A DNA stretch of 64,000 nt from a virus (taxonomy: Duplodnaviria; Caudoviricetes), in the IMG/VR virus record IMGVR_UViG_3300037851_001014, positions 1-64,000 of that record. The stretch is one strand, 5' to 3'. Positions 54,878 to 64,000 of this stretch are shown piece by piece. A model generated the notes under the pieces. The model searched no databases and was not told the origin of the DNA. It saw nothing but the letters and a program-made list of their open reading frames with translations. A program made the translations under genes and the position numbers. The stretch's first letter is position 1, and each line of letters starts with the position of its first letter.

Positions 54878-55861
54878 ATGAAACTCGTGATTGATATTTC
54901 CCATTGGCAAAACCTGACGGATGCCAACTATGTAGAGCTGAAGGCGCATGGCGTGTCGGGGGTTATCGCCAAGCTGGGGCAGGGGCGATACGAAGACAAC
55001 ATGGCAGAGACCCACGCCAGGATGGCAGCCAAGCACAACTTGCCGTTTGCTGGATATTTCTGGCACGATCCCATCGACCAGATCCAGCCCCAACTGGACA
55101 ATGCAAACCGCCTTATCAACAAGTACGATCCCGCTTTTCTGGCAGTCGATACCGAACAGTGGTGGCTGTCTTGGTCGGAGTGGTACAACTATTATGTGCG
55201 CAGGAACGGTATTCGCCCACGAGTTATGTCGCCCGACAAGATCTACGAGCAGGCATATGGTTTCACAACCCAGCTGCATACTGCCATGTCCAGGGTGCTG
55301 CCGATTGGTGCCTATACGGGCGACTGGTTTATCAAGAGTTATTGCCGCAGACTGCCTTCTCTCATCAAGATGGTGGACTTTTACTGGCGAGCATGGTATC
55401 CAGACATTGACGCAAATGACAATCGCGTCATTGAGTGGGTCGAGCTACTTAAGCCACGCCCATTCCAGGTTGAGCCTGGGGCACCACACTACGAGATCTG
55501 GCAGTTCGCCGTAGCCGACCTTCCTGGTGCCTTGCCAAGGCTTGACTACAATTGGTGCACCGAAGGTTTTTATGCAAATACCTTTGCCAAACAGTTGGCC
55601 GAGGAAGAGGCAGAGAATGAGGACGATGAGGTTCAGAGCCCATCTGAACCTGTCTGGCAGGTGCTGGTTGACGCGCTTAATGTTCGTGCCCACCCAAACA
55701 AGCGTGCTCCAAAGGCCGGGCTTTACAAACGGGGCGCTCTTGTAGAGGGCACCGAAGTCCCTACTGAGGAAGGTCGCTGGATCAAAGTGGGCGAAGAGGG
55801 CTATATGTGCATCGAGCTCAATGGCAAGATATTTCTAAAGGAGGTGGATAGTGGCGAGTAA
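54878..55861 (+). CDS. endolysin: GH25 muramidase + SH3b cell-wall-binding domain
   Basis: VIDISHWQ, KLGQG, YFWH, AVDTE, YTG, IWQF (GH25); acidic linker; LNVRAHP...RWIK (SH3b). Confidence 0.9.
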   Translation: MKLVIDISHWQNLTDANYVELKAHGVSGVIAKLGQGRYEDNMAETHARMAAKHNLPFAGYFWHDPIDQIQPQLDNANRLINKYDPAFLAVDTEQWWLSWSEWYNYYVRRNGIRPRVMSPDKIYEQAYGFTTQLHTAMSRVLPIGAYTGDWFIKSYCRRLPSLIKMVDFYWRAWYPDIDANDNRVIEWVELLKPRPFQVEPGAPHYEIWQFAVADLPGALPRLDYNWCTEGFYANTFAKQLAEEEAENEDDEVQSPSEPVWQVLVDALNVRAHPNKRAPKAGLYKRGALVEGTEVPTEEGRWIKVGEEGYMCIELNGKIFLKEVDSGE

Positions 55862-56060
55862 ACTGTTTGGTAAGCCGCGCAGCCAGGTCATCAAGCGGCC
55901 AGGAGCCTTCAAGGCAAAGGCTAAGAAAGCGGGCATGAGCACGTCCGCTATGGCCGCAAGTGTGCTCAAGAAGGGCAGCAAAGCATCTGCCCGTACCAAG
56001 CGTCAAGCCAAATTGGCTAAAGCGTTTGCAACCATGCGGCGCAAGAAGAAAGGAGGCTAA
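55851..56060 (+). CDS. small basic phage protein (IKRPGAF family)
   Basis: 69 aa, Lys/Ala/Arg-rich, IKRPGAFKAKAKKAGMS...QA.LA..F. Confidence 0.7.
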   Translation: MASKLFGKPRSQVIKRPGAFKAKAKKAGMSTSAMAASVLKKGSKASARTKRQAKLAKAFATMRRKKKGG

Positions 56061-56062
56061 TT

Positions 56063-56464
56063 GTGGAAGAGTTATTAAAGTTGATCGAGTTGCTCAAAGG
56101 AGTCGGCATCACGCCGAATGTCAATATCGAGATCTTGGTTGATCTACCCGGAAACGAAGAAGAGGAAGCCCCTCCGCCTGCTGACGAAAAATTTGTGTTC
56201 AAAACCGTGACAGCGGAACCGCGGGCGAACCTGCGTTTTGCTTCCAGCTATAACGCTGCCGGCAGGCCGGTCATGCAGATCTACCCAAAGGACACTGCGC
56301 CGGTAAGCGACCGGGTTCAGTACAATTCTGGGACCGGGGTTGTGCTGAAGGCTGATGTTGTCAAGGCCGATGGGGGTGGGCTGTATTGGGCGCTTGACCC
56401 CAATCACACCGAATTCGGTAAAACGTTTCCGCAGCTCTACCTGCGAAACGAGGACGTTTCTTAA
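56063..56464 (+). CDS. hypothetical protein, possible SH3-like domain
   Basis: 133 aa, RANLRFA...VQY..G..V...WA; GGAGG RBS. Confidence 0.6.
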   Translation: MEELLKLIELLKGVGITPNVNIEILVDLPGNEEEEAPPPADEKFVFKTVTAEPRANLRFASSYNAAGRPVMQIYPKDTAPVSDRVQYNSGTGVVLKADVVKADGGGLYWALDPNHTEFGKTFPQLYLRNEDVS

Positions 56465-56475
56465 GGAGAAAGACG

Positions 56476-56808
56476 ATGGATGTAACTTTTGATATGCTTC
56501 CGGTACTGGCTGTCTTGATGGTTTTCCTGCCCAGCATTGTGCCTGGGTTCAAGGGTTGGTTCGAGGGTCTCTCCCCGGAAGGTAAACAGCTCTTTCAAGC
56601 AGGAGTCCTGCTGCTGATTACCCTGGGCGGCGTACTGCTGAGCGTGCTGGATATCCAGCAGATCTACGGCGGTGACACCTGGCAAGCCTGGGTACGGGCA
56701 CCGTTTATTGACTTTTTTGTTGCATTGGCGATGAACGCCGGGGTCTACAAAGGTACCAATTATATGGCCAACGCTGCCTTTAAGCTCAAAAAGTCTAACG
56801 TGGCATAA
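56476..56808 (+). CDS. holin-like membrane protein
   Basis: 110 aa, three hydrophobic helices and a basic C-tail; last gene of the late operon. Confidence 0.6.
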   Translation: MDVTFDMLPVLAVLMVFLPSIVPGFKGWFEGLSPEGKQLFQAGVLLLITLGGVLLSVLDIQQIYGGDTWQAWVRAPFIDFFVALAMNAGVYKGTNYMANAAFKLKKSNVA

Positions 56809-56995
56809 CCTTCACGTAACTCCCCCTGATCTGCTGCGGCTCAATCACAAATCCCTCTCTATCTGCGATGATAGAGAGGGATTTATATTTGCATCCTCTA
56901 GAATTACAGGGGCGGTAAATGATGTTACGGCTCACGTACTCAACGCTTTCGAGCACTAATTCAACCCCACAGGATGGACAATAGGCTACGGTCAT
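56795..56995 (-). CDS. small Zn-ribbon-like protein
   Basis: 66 aa, YCPSCG...PCNSRGC. Confidence 0.45.
   Translation of the reverse strand: MTVAYCPSCGVELVLESVEYVSRNIIYRPCNSRGCKYKSLSIIADREGFVIEPQQIRGSYVKVMPR
56849..56884. terminator. 15-bp inverted repeat at the convergence point (likely bidirectional terminator)
   Basis: AAATCCCTCTCTATC-TGCGAT-GATAGAGAGGGATTT, 40 nt after the last + strand stop. Confidence 0.7.
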
Positions 56996-57648
56996 TGAGT
57001 GTACCTCGTCTGTTTGCCGTATTCCAACTCATACTGTTCGATGAATTTCTGGCAGAAGCGTTCGCCGGTAGGCGTCCAGCTCCATCCAGCAGCGTGGTGG
57101 TCGGGATTCTTCCAGACCGCAAGATCTCGATCCATCAAGTTGGCTCGCAACTCGCGGAATTCCAGTCCGTACACTCTGCCCGGACCCATCCATACGCCCT
57201 CTGCGGTCTGCCCAGACAGACCACCGCCGCGCAGGAAAGCATAGAACTGATCCTCGGTGCCAGGGATGTTGATGCGTTTCTGCGTGGGCCGAAGCGTATC
57301 TGGCTTGACATCTAGCATCCACATGGATGTTTCCGGCTTGCCAACTACGCCATCATTGTTGATATCGACGCCAGTAAACATTTCAAGCTGGCTGCGGATC
57401 CTCACCCACAAGTGAACCAAGAAGAACCACATCGCGTTTGCCCCCGCCGCACCGGCAACCAGCATGGACACGATCACCCATTTGAAAGACAGCCCGGCGG
57501 CAATCGCCAGGGCCATAGACAGCACTGCCAGAAGGCCGCCGGTGAATAAAGCGAAGACGATGTTCGTTACCGCTGCCTGAGTGCTCAGGTAGTGGATGCG
57601 AACGTCTGGGGAATTAAGCTCCCTGTTTGTAGATGTGTCTGTTCCCAT
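56992..57648 (-). CDS. two-TM membrane protein with cytoplasmic winged-helix-like domain
   Basis: Likely start MGTDT at 57648; two TM helices, DINNDGVVG, C-terminal G.SWTPTG. Confidence 0.7.
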   Translation of the reverse strand: MGTDTSTNRELNSPDVRIHYLSTQAAVTNIVFALFTGGLLAVLSMALAIAAGLSFKWVIVSMLVAGAAGANAMWFFLVHLWVRIRSQLEMFTGVDINNDGVVGKPETSMWMLDVKPDTLRPTQKRINIPGTEDQFYAFLRGGGLSGQTAEGVWMGPGRVYGLEFRELRANLMDRDLAVWKNPDHHAAGWSWTPTGERFCQKFIEQYELEYGKQTRYTQ

Positions 57649-57974
57649 AGTTCCCTCACGGCATGTCTCATTTGCTTGTCTGGTAGAGAGCTGCCATCCC
57701 GAGAGAAACCAAACCACCAGGTGGCATTGTCTATAGGATAATGCACATTCCAGTATTGTGCAAGCAGGAATAATGCCTGTGGATCGCCTGTGCGCACCCA
57801 CATCGTACCATCGTGTTCAGTGCGGGAAGGGTTGAAGAAATCAATAAAGATGTGCACCAGGTGCCATTTAGATCTCTCGGTCTCTTGCAAGGGCGGTCTC
57901 GATACAACGAACCACACACCCGCCTCACGAAACACATCTTTCCGGTATTTCCATGCGTACTTGCTATCGACCAT
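57585..57974 (-). CDS. hypothetical protein
   Basis: 129-aa aromatic-rich ORF. Confidence 0.55.
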   Translation of the reverse strand: MVDSKYAWKYRKDVFREAGVWFVVSRPPLQETERSKWHLVHIFIDFFNPSRTEHDGTMWVRTGDPQALFLLAQYWNVHYPIDNATWWFGFSRDGSSLPDKQMRHAVRELWEQTHLQTGSLIPQTFASTT

Positions 57975-58149
57975 CGGTCTTTATTTCCTTTGGTCTGTGT
58001 GTTGGGCAATAGCATTTTTTATCAGGCGTTATAGTCCAGCCACGCCCTAGCGCTTCTATCACGGCCTCGACTTTCCGGTTGGTGCCGTATCTCTCCATCT
58101 GTCTACATCCTTCGCAATCACATTGAATTAACCAGTATCTTTTAATCAT
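57964..58149 (-). CDS. small Cys-rich protein
   Basis: 61 aa, CDCEGC...GW...CYCPTH. Confidence 0.65.
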   Translation of the reverse strand: MIKRYWLIQCDCEGCRQMERYGTNRKVEAVIEALGRGWTITPDKKCYCPTHRPKEIKTDGR

Positions 58150-58730
58150 TTGTTTGATCTCCGAGCAATCTCAACCAAGAACTCCGCCAGGGCTGGTGTG
58201 GTACGTGCCCTATACTTTTTGGTTACGAACTTCTTGGTGCGCCCAGCGTGTGCGCTGGTATCAATCACATGAGTAACGGCATCCAGGGTAAAGGTGTATG
58301 TCGGCAGCTGGACTCTTTCTATGCCGCAGATGTAAAGCCACGTTCGTTTGACTGCAAGAAAGTCAAACCACCGCTGGTCTATATCAAGGGTCCAGCCACC
58401 ATACTCGTCGTATTCCGACTGTTCTGGTCTAGGAAGATCACAATATGCCCATAGCTTAGAGTATGCCGGATGTTCCAGTACGCCGCCCCATAGGCGCACC
58501 TGTTCGACTGCCCAGGGGGAATATGCCATGATTTCCTTTGTGCCCTGGACAGTGGCGAGCTTATACATTCGTCCCCAACCAGCACACGGAGGATGGGCGA
58601 CGACAGGCATCCCATCCGGAAATGCCAAGGCGTTTCGCTCGGCATCGTAGCAATCCACCCCAGGCATAGTTTTGTAATGCGAGTCTTTCAGGACAAATAG
58701 AGCTGCAACATTGTACCGACTGTTGGTCAT
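58146..58730 (-). CDS. atypical C5-cytosine methyltransferase-like protein
   Basis: VAALFV...Y...VDCYD..R.A, catalytic-like AHPPC, VLEHP, WLY; degenerate motif I. Confidence 0.65.
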   Translation of the reverse strand: MTNSRYNVAALFVLKDSHYKTMPGVDCYDAERNALAFPDGMPVVAHPPCAGWGRMYKLATVQGTKEIMAYSPWAVEQVRLWGGVLEHPAYSKLWAYCDLPRPEQSEYDEYGGWTLDIDQRWFDFLAVKRTWLYICGIERVQLPTYTFTLDAVTHVIDTSAHAGRTKKFVTKKYRARTTPALAEFLVEIARRSNK

Positions 58731-59059
58731 AAGTATTCTGTCAACGCGGGGAGTATCTCTATTGCTTTCTCGATGGGAACCTTTTTGACACACGCACTGC
58801 CTCTACTTATATACACAGTGGACGCAAGGCAGCAGAGCCGTATAGAGCCAAGCACAAAAAACTTTCTAGTGAGCGCGATCACCCGGGTGTATCTTTCCAC
58901 CTTAAAGTGAGACGGACCTACTGTTCCGTCATTCCGCATACCCCATAGGGCAATTTCGTGCAAGTGCGACTCGATATACGCCACCCTTAAGTTTGGGCAA
59001 ATATTCAATATTAGGCGTTTCTCGAGTCGGGCTACATTCAAGTGATCTTTCACATCCAC
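58727..59059 (-). CDS. hypothetical protein
   Basis: ORF coupled to both neighbours; start uncertain. Confidence 0.5.
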   Translation of the reverse strand: MDVKDHLNVARLEKRLILNICPNLRVAYIESHLHEIALWGMRNDGTVGPSHFKVERYTRVIALTRKFFVLGSIRLCCLASTVYISRGSACVKKVPIEKAIEILPALTEYL

Positions 59060-59382
59060 TGGATCGTGTACTTCCCGTTGTAGCTGTAGTCGCCGAAGGA
59101 AGCATCTCCCCATTCAATATGCAGCTGTAGCTTATCGCCTTCCCCCTGCTCGACAGAAAGACGCTCGCACGCAAGCCGCTTATTATCAGCGGGGTTTCCG
59201 AGAATCGTTGCGACACAAAAGGAGGCGCTAACTGTCTCTATTAGTGCGCGTGCATCGAGAAGATGTATTGCAATGGCCGTTTTCCAACCTGACGCGTACC
59301 CTGGTGGAGTAGCCGGCCTGGGCGCTACAGAGTATGCATACTCTGTCAGAATTTCACTTGCTTCAATATCGTTCATATTCAA
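59050..59382 (-). CDS. hypothetical protein
   Basis: 110-aa ORF. Confidence 0.6.
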   Translation of the reverse strand: MNMNDIEASEILTEYAYSVAPRPATPPGYASGWKTAIAIHLLDARALIETVSASFCVATILGNPADNKRLACERLSVEQGEGDKLQLHIEWGDASFGDYSYNGKYTIQWM

Positions 59383-59390
59383 CTCTCTTT

Positions 59391-60074
59391 TTATATCCAG
59401 CCTATTTCTGGAGGATGAGGATCCTCCAGCCTATCCCACACAAACCAAGCAAAAGCAATCATGCCTCTGTTCTTGAGAGGGGAACCGCCTCGACTTAGTG
59501 TAAGACGCTTGCGGAACACCCATACACGAGACAGCCCGGTTTCCTCCAGTATCGATGATCGCTTTGCTCCTTCGAGAACAGCTAACTTGCCAAGAAAAGC
59601 AAATTTCTTTACATTCAAGCGGTAGGCAGCGAGAATGAAATCTTCAAAGAACTTGAATGGAGGATTGGTGATTATGCTATTTATGTCAAGAATATCGCGT
59701 AGCTGGATAAAATCTTTCCCAGTATAGCCATATCCATGATCGTGTAGATCTGTGCTCACCACATTATGGCTTCCATAGTAGTGCTCAAGCACCTTTGAGA
59801 TAGACCCATCTCCGCAAGCCGGTTCGAGAATAGGGGGCTCGAACACTTCTACATCCAGCAGCGCCTCTGTTGCAAGAAAGGGTGTCGGATAAAAATCATC
59901 AATTGGTCGTCCGGGCGACGACCCAACAATGCTTTGGGCTTTAATAGTAGTAGCCATAGATAACATCTCTTGGTATGTAACGCCCCACGGCGTGCTTGCA
60001 ATTACGTCTTTCTCACTCATTTTTAGAAATGGAGACGGAAAGGCGTCGTTAGGGTCGGGGTATTGGTCCGTCAT
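59391..60074 (-). CDS. N6-adenine (or N4-cytosine) DNA methyltransferase, phage orphan type
   Basis: DDFYPTP, ILEPACGDG (SAM binding), IITNPPF (catalytic). Confidence 0.92.
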   Translation of the reverse strand: MTDQYPDPNDAFPSPFLKMSEKDVIASTPWGVTYQEMLSMATTIKAQSIVGSSPGRPIDDFYPTPFLATEALLDVEVFEPPILEPACGDGSISKVLEHYYGSHNVVSTDLHDHGYGYTGKDFIQLRDILDINSIITNPPFKFFEDFILAAYRLNVKKFAFLGKLAVLEGAKRSSILEETGLSRVWVFRKRLTLSRGGSPLKNRGMIAFAWFVWDRLEDPHPPEIGWI

Positions 60075-60176
60075 TCTTCTTATAGGTCTTCCAACAGTAT
60101 AGCCTGCCGATTGTTTCTTGTAGCAGGTAATTGGATTACATAACTCGGCATATATTTATACTCTCCTTTGTTATAA

Positions 60177-60229
60177 AGTTACTGCACTTTCTCTTAAAGT
60201 GCAGTAACTGATTATTAGGTTTAACCTAA
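60177..60229. promoter_or_regulatory. 14-bp hairpin plus adjacent 7-bp palindrome upstream of the methyltransferase operon
   Basis: AGTTACTGCACTTT-CTCTT-AAAGTGCAGTAACT (60177-60209) and TTAGGTT-T-AACCTAA (60215-60229). Confidence 0.6.
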
Positions 60230-60232
60230 CAA

Positions 60233-60466
60233 TCAATTGTCGTCTCTCGAAACAAGAGAACCGGTTTCAACAAATGTATGCAAATAGGGTAACAGGCTTT
60301 TTGCCTGTTCCCTGCTCAAATGCATCCGCTTATTGCCGACACCGAGCCAGATAGCATCTTCACTGGCTAAACTACTCTCTTGAATCGAGCAGTCATTCCC
60401 GTACAAATCCTCGAAATCCGCACGTAAAAAACCCCGATCGGTTATTTCAAAATGTAGTTTAAACAT
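60233..60466 (-). CDS. conserved small phage protein
   Basis: TDRGF....F.D.YG..CSIQESSLA.EDAIWLG motif, recurrent in phages (from memory). Confidence 0.75.
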   Translation of the reverse strand: MFKLHFEITDRGFLRADFEDLYGNDCSIQESSLASEDAIWLGVGNKRMHLSREQAKSLLPYLHTFVETGSLVSRDDN

Positions 60467-60512
60467 TCTGGTTCCATTTCCACCTGTACCGCTTCCGGCT
60501 TTTTTCCACCTG

Positions 60513-60788
60513 CTATCCAGAGGCTATCGCAGCTACTATACTAATGGTGATTTGCGCAGTCTCGCTGCGGCCACCCGCTGTGGTGATTGTGTTGGTCAGG
60601 GTGTATGCAGTACCTAATGTGCCGCCACTCAGCCAGATCGTGGTTATCTTAGTGGTATTGGACCTGGTGACTTCGGTTATACCCGCCGGAACTGTCCATG
60701 AGCTGGTTGCGATCGTGTCGCTCCCGAGCCAGTTGGTCCAGTCTACACCAAAATCCTTAGTCGCTGTTACGCTTTTGCTTAGTCCCAT
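60513..60788 (-). CDS. small Ig-like virion protein (DY/FxxDWxxWL...WLSGG family)
   Basis: KDFGVDWTNWLGSDTIATSSWTVP...TTIWLSGGT.G..Y..TN.ITT..GR; AGGAG RBS. Confidence 0.7.
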   Translation of the reverse strand: MGLSKSVTATKDFGVDWTNWLGSDTIATSSWTVPAGITEVTRSNTTKITTIWLSGGTLGTAYTLTNTITTAGGRSETAQITISIVAAIASG

Positions 60789-60798
60789 CAGGTTGCTC

Positions 60799-63700
60799 CT
60801 ATTTACGAATAAATCGGTTTTCGATCGGTATGCCCAAGTCGCGATTTTCTTCCTTTACCGCTATTTCGTCCTGTTCAGATGCTATCTGAATATTACGCTG
60901 CTCGTTCTGAGCACGGTAGAAGTATGGCAGCTGTGCCAATGTTAGTCGGTGCCCAGGCAAATAGCTTACTGTGCCGTAGCTTCGTAGCGGATCTAGCACT
61001 ACGCTCAAAGTACCAACCCATGCCAGTTGCCCTGCCGATTGCAATGCAGTAGAGGCAAGAGTAACGTGCAGCACGCCTTCCATGGTGGTTGCGGACCCAG
61101 CGGCATCCAGCGACAATGGATCAAGGGTACTTGACAGATCGCCGGCAAGGTTGATAAGCGTCTGGGACGAGAGCGATGTATTGTCAAGGTTCTTCGCTGT
61201 AACCCCAGAGATACTAACGTTCCCAGATCCAGCAACAGACACGCCAGTAAGCGTGGCCAAGAGAATGCCGGTTAGCGGTGTTTCCGTTTCACCAGATGCG
61301 TCGAGAGACACATCCCCAAGCGAGCTTGTCAGTGCGCCTGATACAGACGCCGTAGCACTGGACAGGCAAGTTATTCCAGCCAGGGCGATTGTAGCCGAAC
61401 CAGAAAGCGAGACAACGCCCAGATTGGCGGCCTGCAGATCTGCAAGCTGTTTGTCAAGTGCCCCAGATACTGCCCCAGATATAGCTCCAGACGCATCCAG
61501 GTCAACGGGATCCAGGGCCTTGGCTAAAGACCCAGATACTTGTACGGATCCGAGCAGCGACGTTGCGAGCCCCACAAGGGTCACGCTCAGCATACCAGTT
61601 ATATCGGTCTCCGCAGCTATCCCTTCCGCAACAAGGCCTATCCCACTTAGGGATAAATTAAGCTCGCCGCTTACTGAAACAGTGCCATCCCCGGAAACGG
61701 ATATCCCATCTAGCGACTTGTCGGTTGTGCCCATTGCCCGGGTTGCACCACTTGCGTCCAGTTGGACATCGGACAAGACGGCGTCAAGCGATCCAGAATG
61801 CCGTGGCGTTCCTTCGCTTTCGAGCATCAGCCCACCCAGGGTTTTCTCTGCAGATCCAACGACCTGTGCTGTTGCCTGGGAAGATAGAGCCGTGTCGCTT
61901 AGAGTCTTCGCGACTGCGCCAGACAACGAGACTGCTGCTGAGCTTTCCAGAATGGCGCCGTCAAGGCTTTTGTCCAGAGATGCGGCTACGCCAATATTGA
62001 TGCTTGCCAGCAAGCCAATGCCATCAAGCGTCTTGTCCAGGTCACCTGTTATATCTGATACTGCTACGCCCTCGGCATCTAGCAAAACTCCGTCTAGGGT
62101 TTTAGATAAAGCACCAGAGACCAGTGCGCTTGCAGTCGCAGAGAGAGTAGTGTTGTCGAGCGTTTTGCCGAGAGTGCCCATTGCCTGGGCGGTACCTGCT
62201 GACTGAGCGATTGCGGCGTCAAGGGTTTTGGTAAGAGCGCCGGAAGCTGCAACGCCTCCAGCTGCACTTGCTAAAATACCGTCCAGGGTCTTGGCAAGCG
62301 ATCCGGTGTGGTAGACCAATCCATCGGAACCCAATGCAATATCGTCGAGCGTTATTGCCAGAGACCCTACGGCTACAACAGCGCCGGTTGAACTTATACC
62401 AATGCCATCAAGAGTCTTGGAGAACGATCCGGCCAGGCTTGTTGCACCTGCGGCAAAGACCCCTATTCCATCAAGCGTTTTCGAGAATGTACCACTCAGG
62501 ATAATCGTGCCCGCAGAAGCCGAAAGCATACCCGCCAGGGTTTTGTCTAAAGAGCCGGCGGCTGCCAGCGTCCCATCGGCCTCAAGAGTTGCGGTAGCAA
62601 GAGTTTTGGATAGAGATCCTGCTACCTGAACTGTGCCTGCGGACACCAGTGTACTTGACGCCAGAGTTTTGGATGTTTGCCCCCACGACGGGACCGTGCC
62701 AGCAGATGAAGATGTTGCACTGGCAAGAGTCTTCGAGAGAGTTCCGGTTACCGCTGTCGCAGCTGCCATAAAAGTTGCAATCGCCGCCGCCCAGTCGACA
62801 CTATCTGTTCCGGTATGCGCTGCCGTTTGAGCAGTAGTGGCGCTGACAACCTCGGCAGCAGTATATATATTTACGTTACTTGCATCGCCACCACCGGTTG
62901 TCCCAACTTGTTGCTCGTTCCCACTGACGTTTCCAGAGCCGGTTGTCCAAGAGCCTTTAAGGTCTCCCGCATCACCGCTATCCTCAGTCCCAGCAACTCC
63001 AATAACAAGCTCATCAGCCTGCGAGAGGGTTGCGGTTGCGCCCGACGACTGAGATGTCCCCGTTCCGGTTGCCGTTGCAGATTTGTCAAACGGCATCTCC
63101 ACCGTTGCGCCAGTAAAGTTGCGGTAAATAACCGCGTTTACAGACTGGCTTAGATAGGAGGTTGTGTATAGCGTTCTGGCCGTTAATCCATTGTACGTGC
63201 TGTCGTTTACGTCAAGCCTGACATAATTGCTTGCCGTTCCATCGCCATATTCCAGCAAGACGTAGACGTATTCTCCAGCAGTTAGCCCAACCGATCCAGA
63301 ATTGAAGGTGTAGAAAGTTGACGATGTTGTTAGCGTTGACACATCTATCGTTCCGAGTGTCCCCAAGATGCTGTCATCTGACGCTTTTCTTATCCTAAGT
63401 GTTGCTGTTCCGGTTGGCGATCCACTTTTTTGTAGCAACAAATCAATTCGCGAAACCGTGCAACTTCCCGGAACAAAACCAAAACCAGCCCGCTTTTGGG
63501 TATCATTTAAGAGCACTAGTACAGTTGATACCGAATTGATTTCGTCGGGCATTGTCATATATCCAGACAATCCAGTTACTTTGTATACAGATGCTGCTTT
63601 TGCCCCACTCGAAGATAAAACCAATGTCTTGCCTGTTATATTTGACAGAACTTTGCCAGCCAGGATTGTTGTTGCTACATTCCCGGAGTTAACAGAACTT

Positions 63701-63885
63701 GCAATCATGAATAACGGCAGGGCGTTACCAAGATAGCCGGCTTCCGACACATAGCGCGCAGAGACCTGTGAATCTCCTGCGTAGCAGGCAACAATCCAGT
63801 CGCCAACACTGGAACTAATAGTAACGCTGACGGTACTGTCGACTTTGTTTTGATTTGTGCCCAGGGGAGTGATGCTGATCGCCAT
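60799..63885 (-). CDS. large virion fibre/decoration protein with about 28 tandem 21-aa repeats
   Basis: 1028 aa; repeat consensus GxLxKTLDxxxLxAxGxxxxx at about 60975-62745; globular Ser/Thr-rich N-terminal domains. Confidence 0.75.
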   Translation of the reverse strand: MAISITPLGTNQNKVDSTVSVTISSSVGDWIVACYAGDSQVSARYVSEAGYLGNALPLFMIASSVNSGNVATTILAGKVLSNITGKTLVLSSSGAKAASVYKVTGLSGYMTMPDEINSVSTVLVLLNDTQKRAGFGFVPGSCTVSRIDLLLQKSGSPTGTATLRIRKASDDSILGTLGTIDVSTLTTSSTFYTFNSGSVGLTAGEYVYVLLEYGDGTASNYVRLDVNDSTYNGLTARTLYTTSYLSQSVNAVIYRNFTGATVEMPFDKSATATGTGTSQSSGATATLSQADELVIGVAGTEDSGDAGDLKGSWTTGSGNVSGNEQQVGTTGGGDASNVNIYTAAEVVSATTAQTAAHTGTDSVDWAAAIATFMAAATAVTGTLSKTLASATSSSAGTVPSWGQTSKTLASSTLVSAGTVQVAGSLSKTLATATLEADGTLAAAGSLDKTLAGMLSASAGTIILSGTFSKTLDGIGVFAAGATSLAGSFSKTLDGIGISSTGAVVAVGSLAITLDDIALGSDGLVYHTGSLAKTLDGILASAAGGVAASGALTKTLDAAIAQSAGTAQAMGTLGKTLDNTTLSATASALVSGALSKTLDGVLLDAEGVAVSDITGDLDKTLDGIGLLASINIGVAASLDKSLDGAILESSAAVSLSGAVAKTLSDTALSSQATAQVVGSAEKTLGGLMLESEGTPRHSGSLDAVLSDVQLDASGATRAMGTTDKSLDGISVSGDGTVSVSGELNLSLSGIGLVAEGIAAETDITGMLSVTLVGLATSLLGSVQVSGSLAKALDPVDLDASGAISGAVSGALDKQLADLQAANLGVVSLSGSATIALAGITCLSSATASVSGALTSSLGDVSLDASGETETPLTGILLATLTGVSVAGSGNVSISGVTAKNLDNTSLSSQTLINLAGDLSSTLDPLSLDAAGSATTMEGVLHVTLASTALQSAGQLAWVGTLSVVLDPLRSYGTVSYLPGHRLTLAQLPYFYRAQNEQRNIQIASEQDEIAVKEENRDLGIPIENRFIRK

Positions 63886-64000
63886 ACTACGCAGCCGCCG
63901 GGTACTTAACTTGCACGACGTAATTGCCCATCATAATTCCCCCGTTCACACTATCCCACCCAAGCTGAATGCCAGTCACGTTCCAGCTTGTCGTTGCGTT

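Noticed and set aside
61082-62206. 374-aa + strand ORF with apparent repeats
   Set aside because: Antisense shadow of the 21-aa repeat gene.
1-64000. Stop-codon reassignment
   Set aside because: Large genes (TerL, MCP, 3,700-aa TMP, 1,401-aa tail tip) are uninterrupted in the standard code, and all three stops are used at coupled gene ends.
63886-64000. 3' end of a further structural gene
   Set aside because: All three - strand frames hit stops within this short stretch; no single frame can be assigned with confidence.

Overview
The window is a 64-kb slice of a tailed dsDNA phage genome, probably a long-tailed siphovirus. Both ends fall inside the phage, and no host genes, integrase or att site are visible. 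The SSB sequence and a Csx15-like gene point to a Chloroflexota (Anaerolineae-like) host. Layout: (i) 1-20.8 kb, leftward early/middle genes: C5 methyltransferase, TopoVI-A/Spo11-like TOPRIM protein, RecU-like resolvase, ParB-like protein, SSB, Csx15-like protein, and a GC-rich, hairpin-dense block at 17-21 kb. (ii) Strand switch at about 21.2 kb. (iii) 21.3-56.8 kb, rightward virion and lysis module: TerL, portal, scaffold, N4-gp56-like capsid, tail tube, frameshifting tail chaperone, giant tape measure, tail tip/fibres, metallophosphoesterase, GH25 endolysin, holin-like protein. (iv) 56.8-64 kb, leftward genes: two more methyltransferases and a second small structural cluster with a 21-aa repeat protein. 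Most striking: the ~3,700-aa tape measure protein carries two-barrel RNA polymerase motifs (GDFDLDQMA, RYP, KVAGLGLK), a RecB/Cas4-type PD-(D/E)XK nuclease and a Rho-N-like domain, so it looks like an injected polymerase-nuclease polyprotein. The phage also encodes a stand-alone Csx15 homologue (candidate type III anti-CRISPR) and several hundred nt of densely structured sequence at the start of the early transcript. All assignments come from motif recognition by eye; no database search was run.
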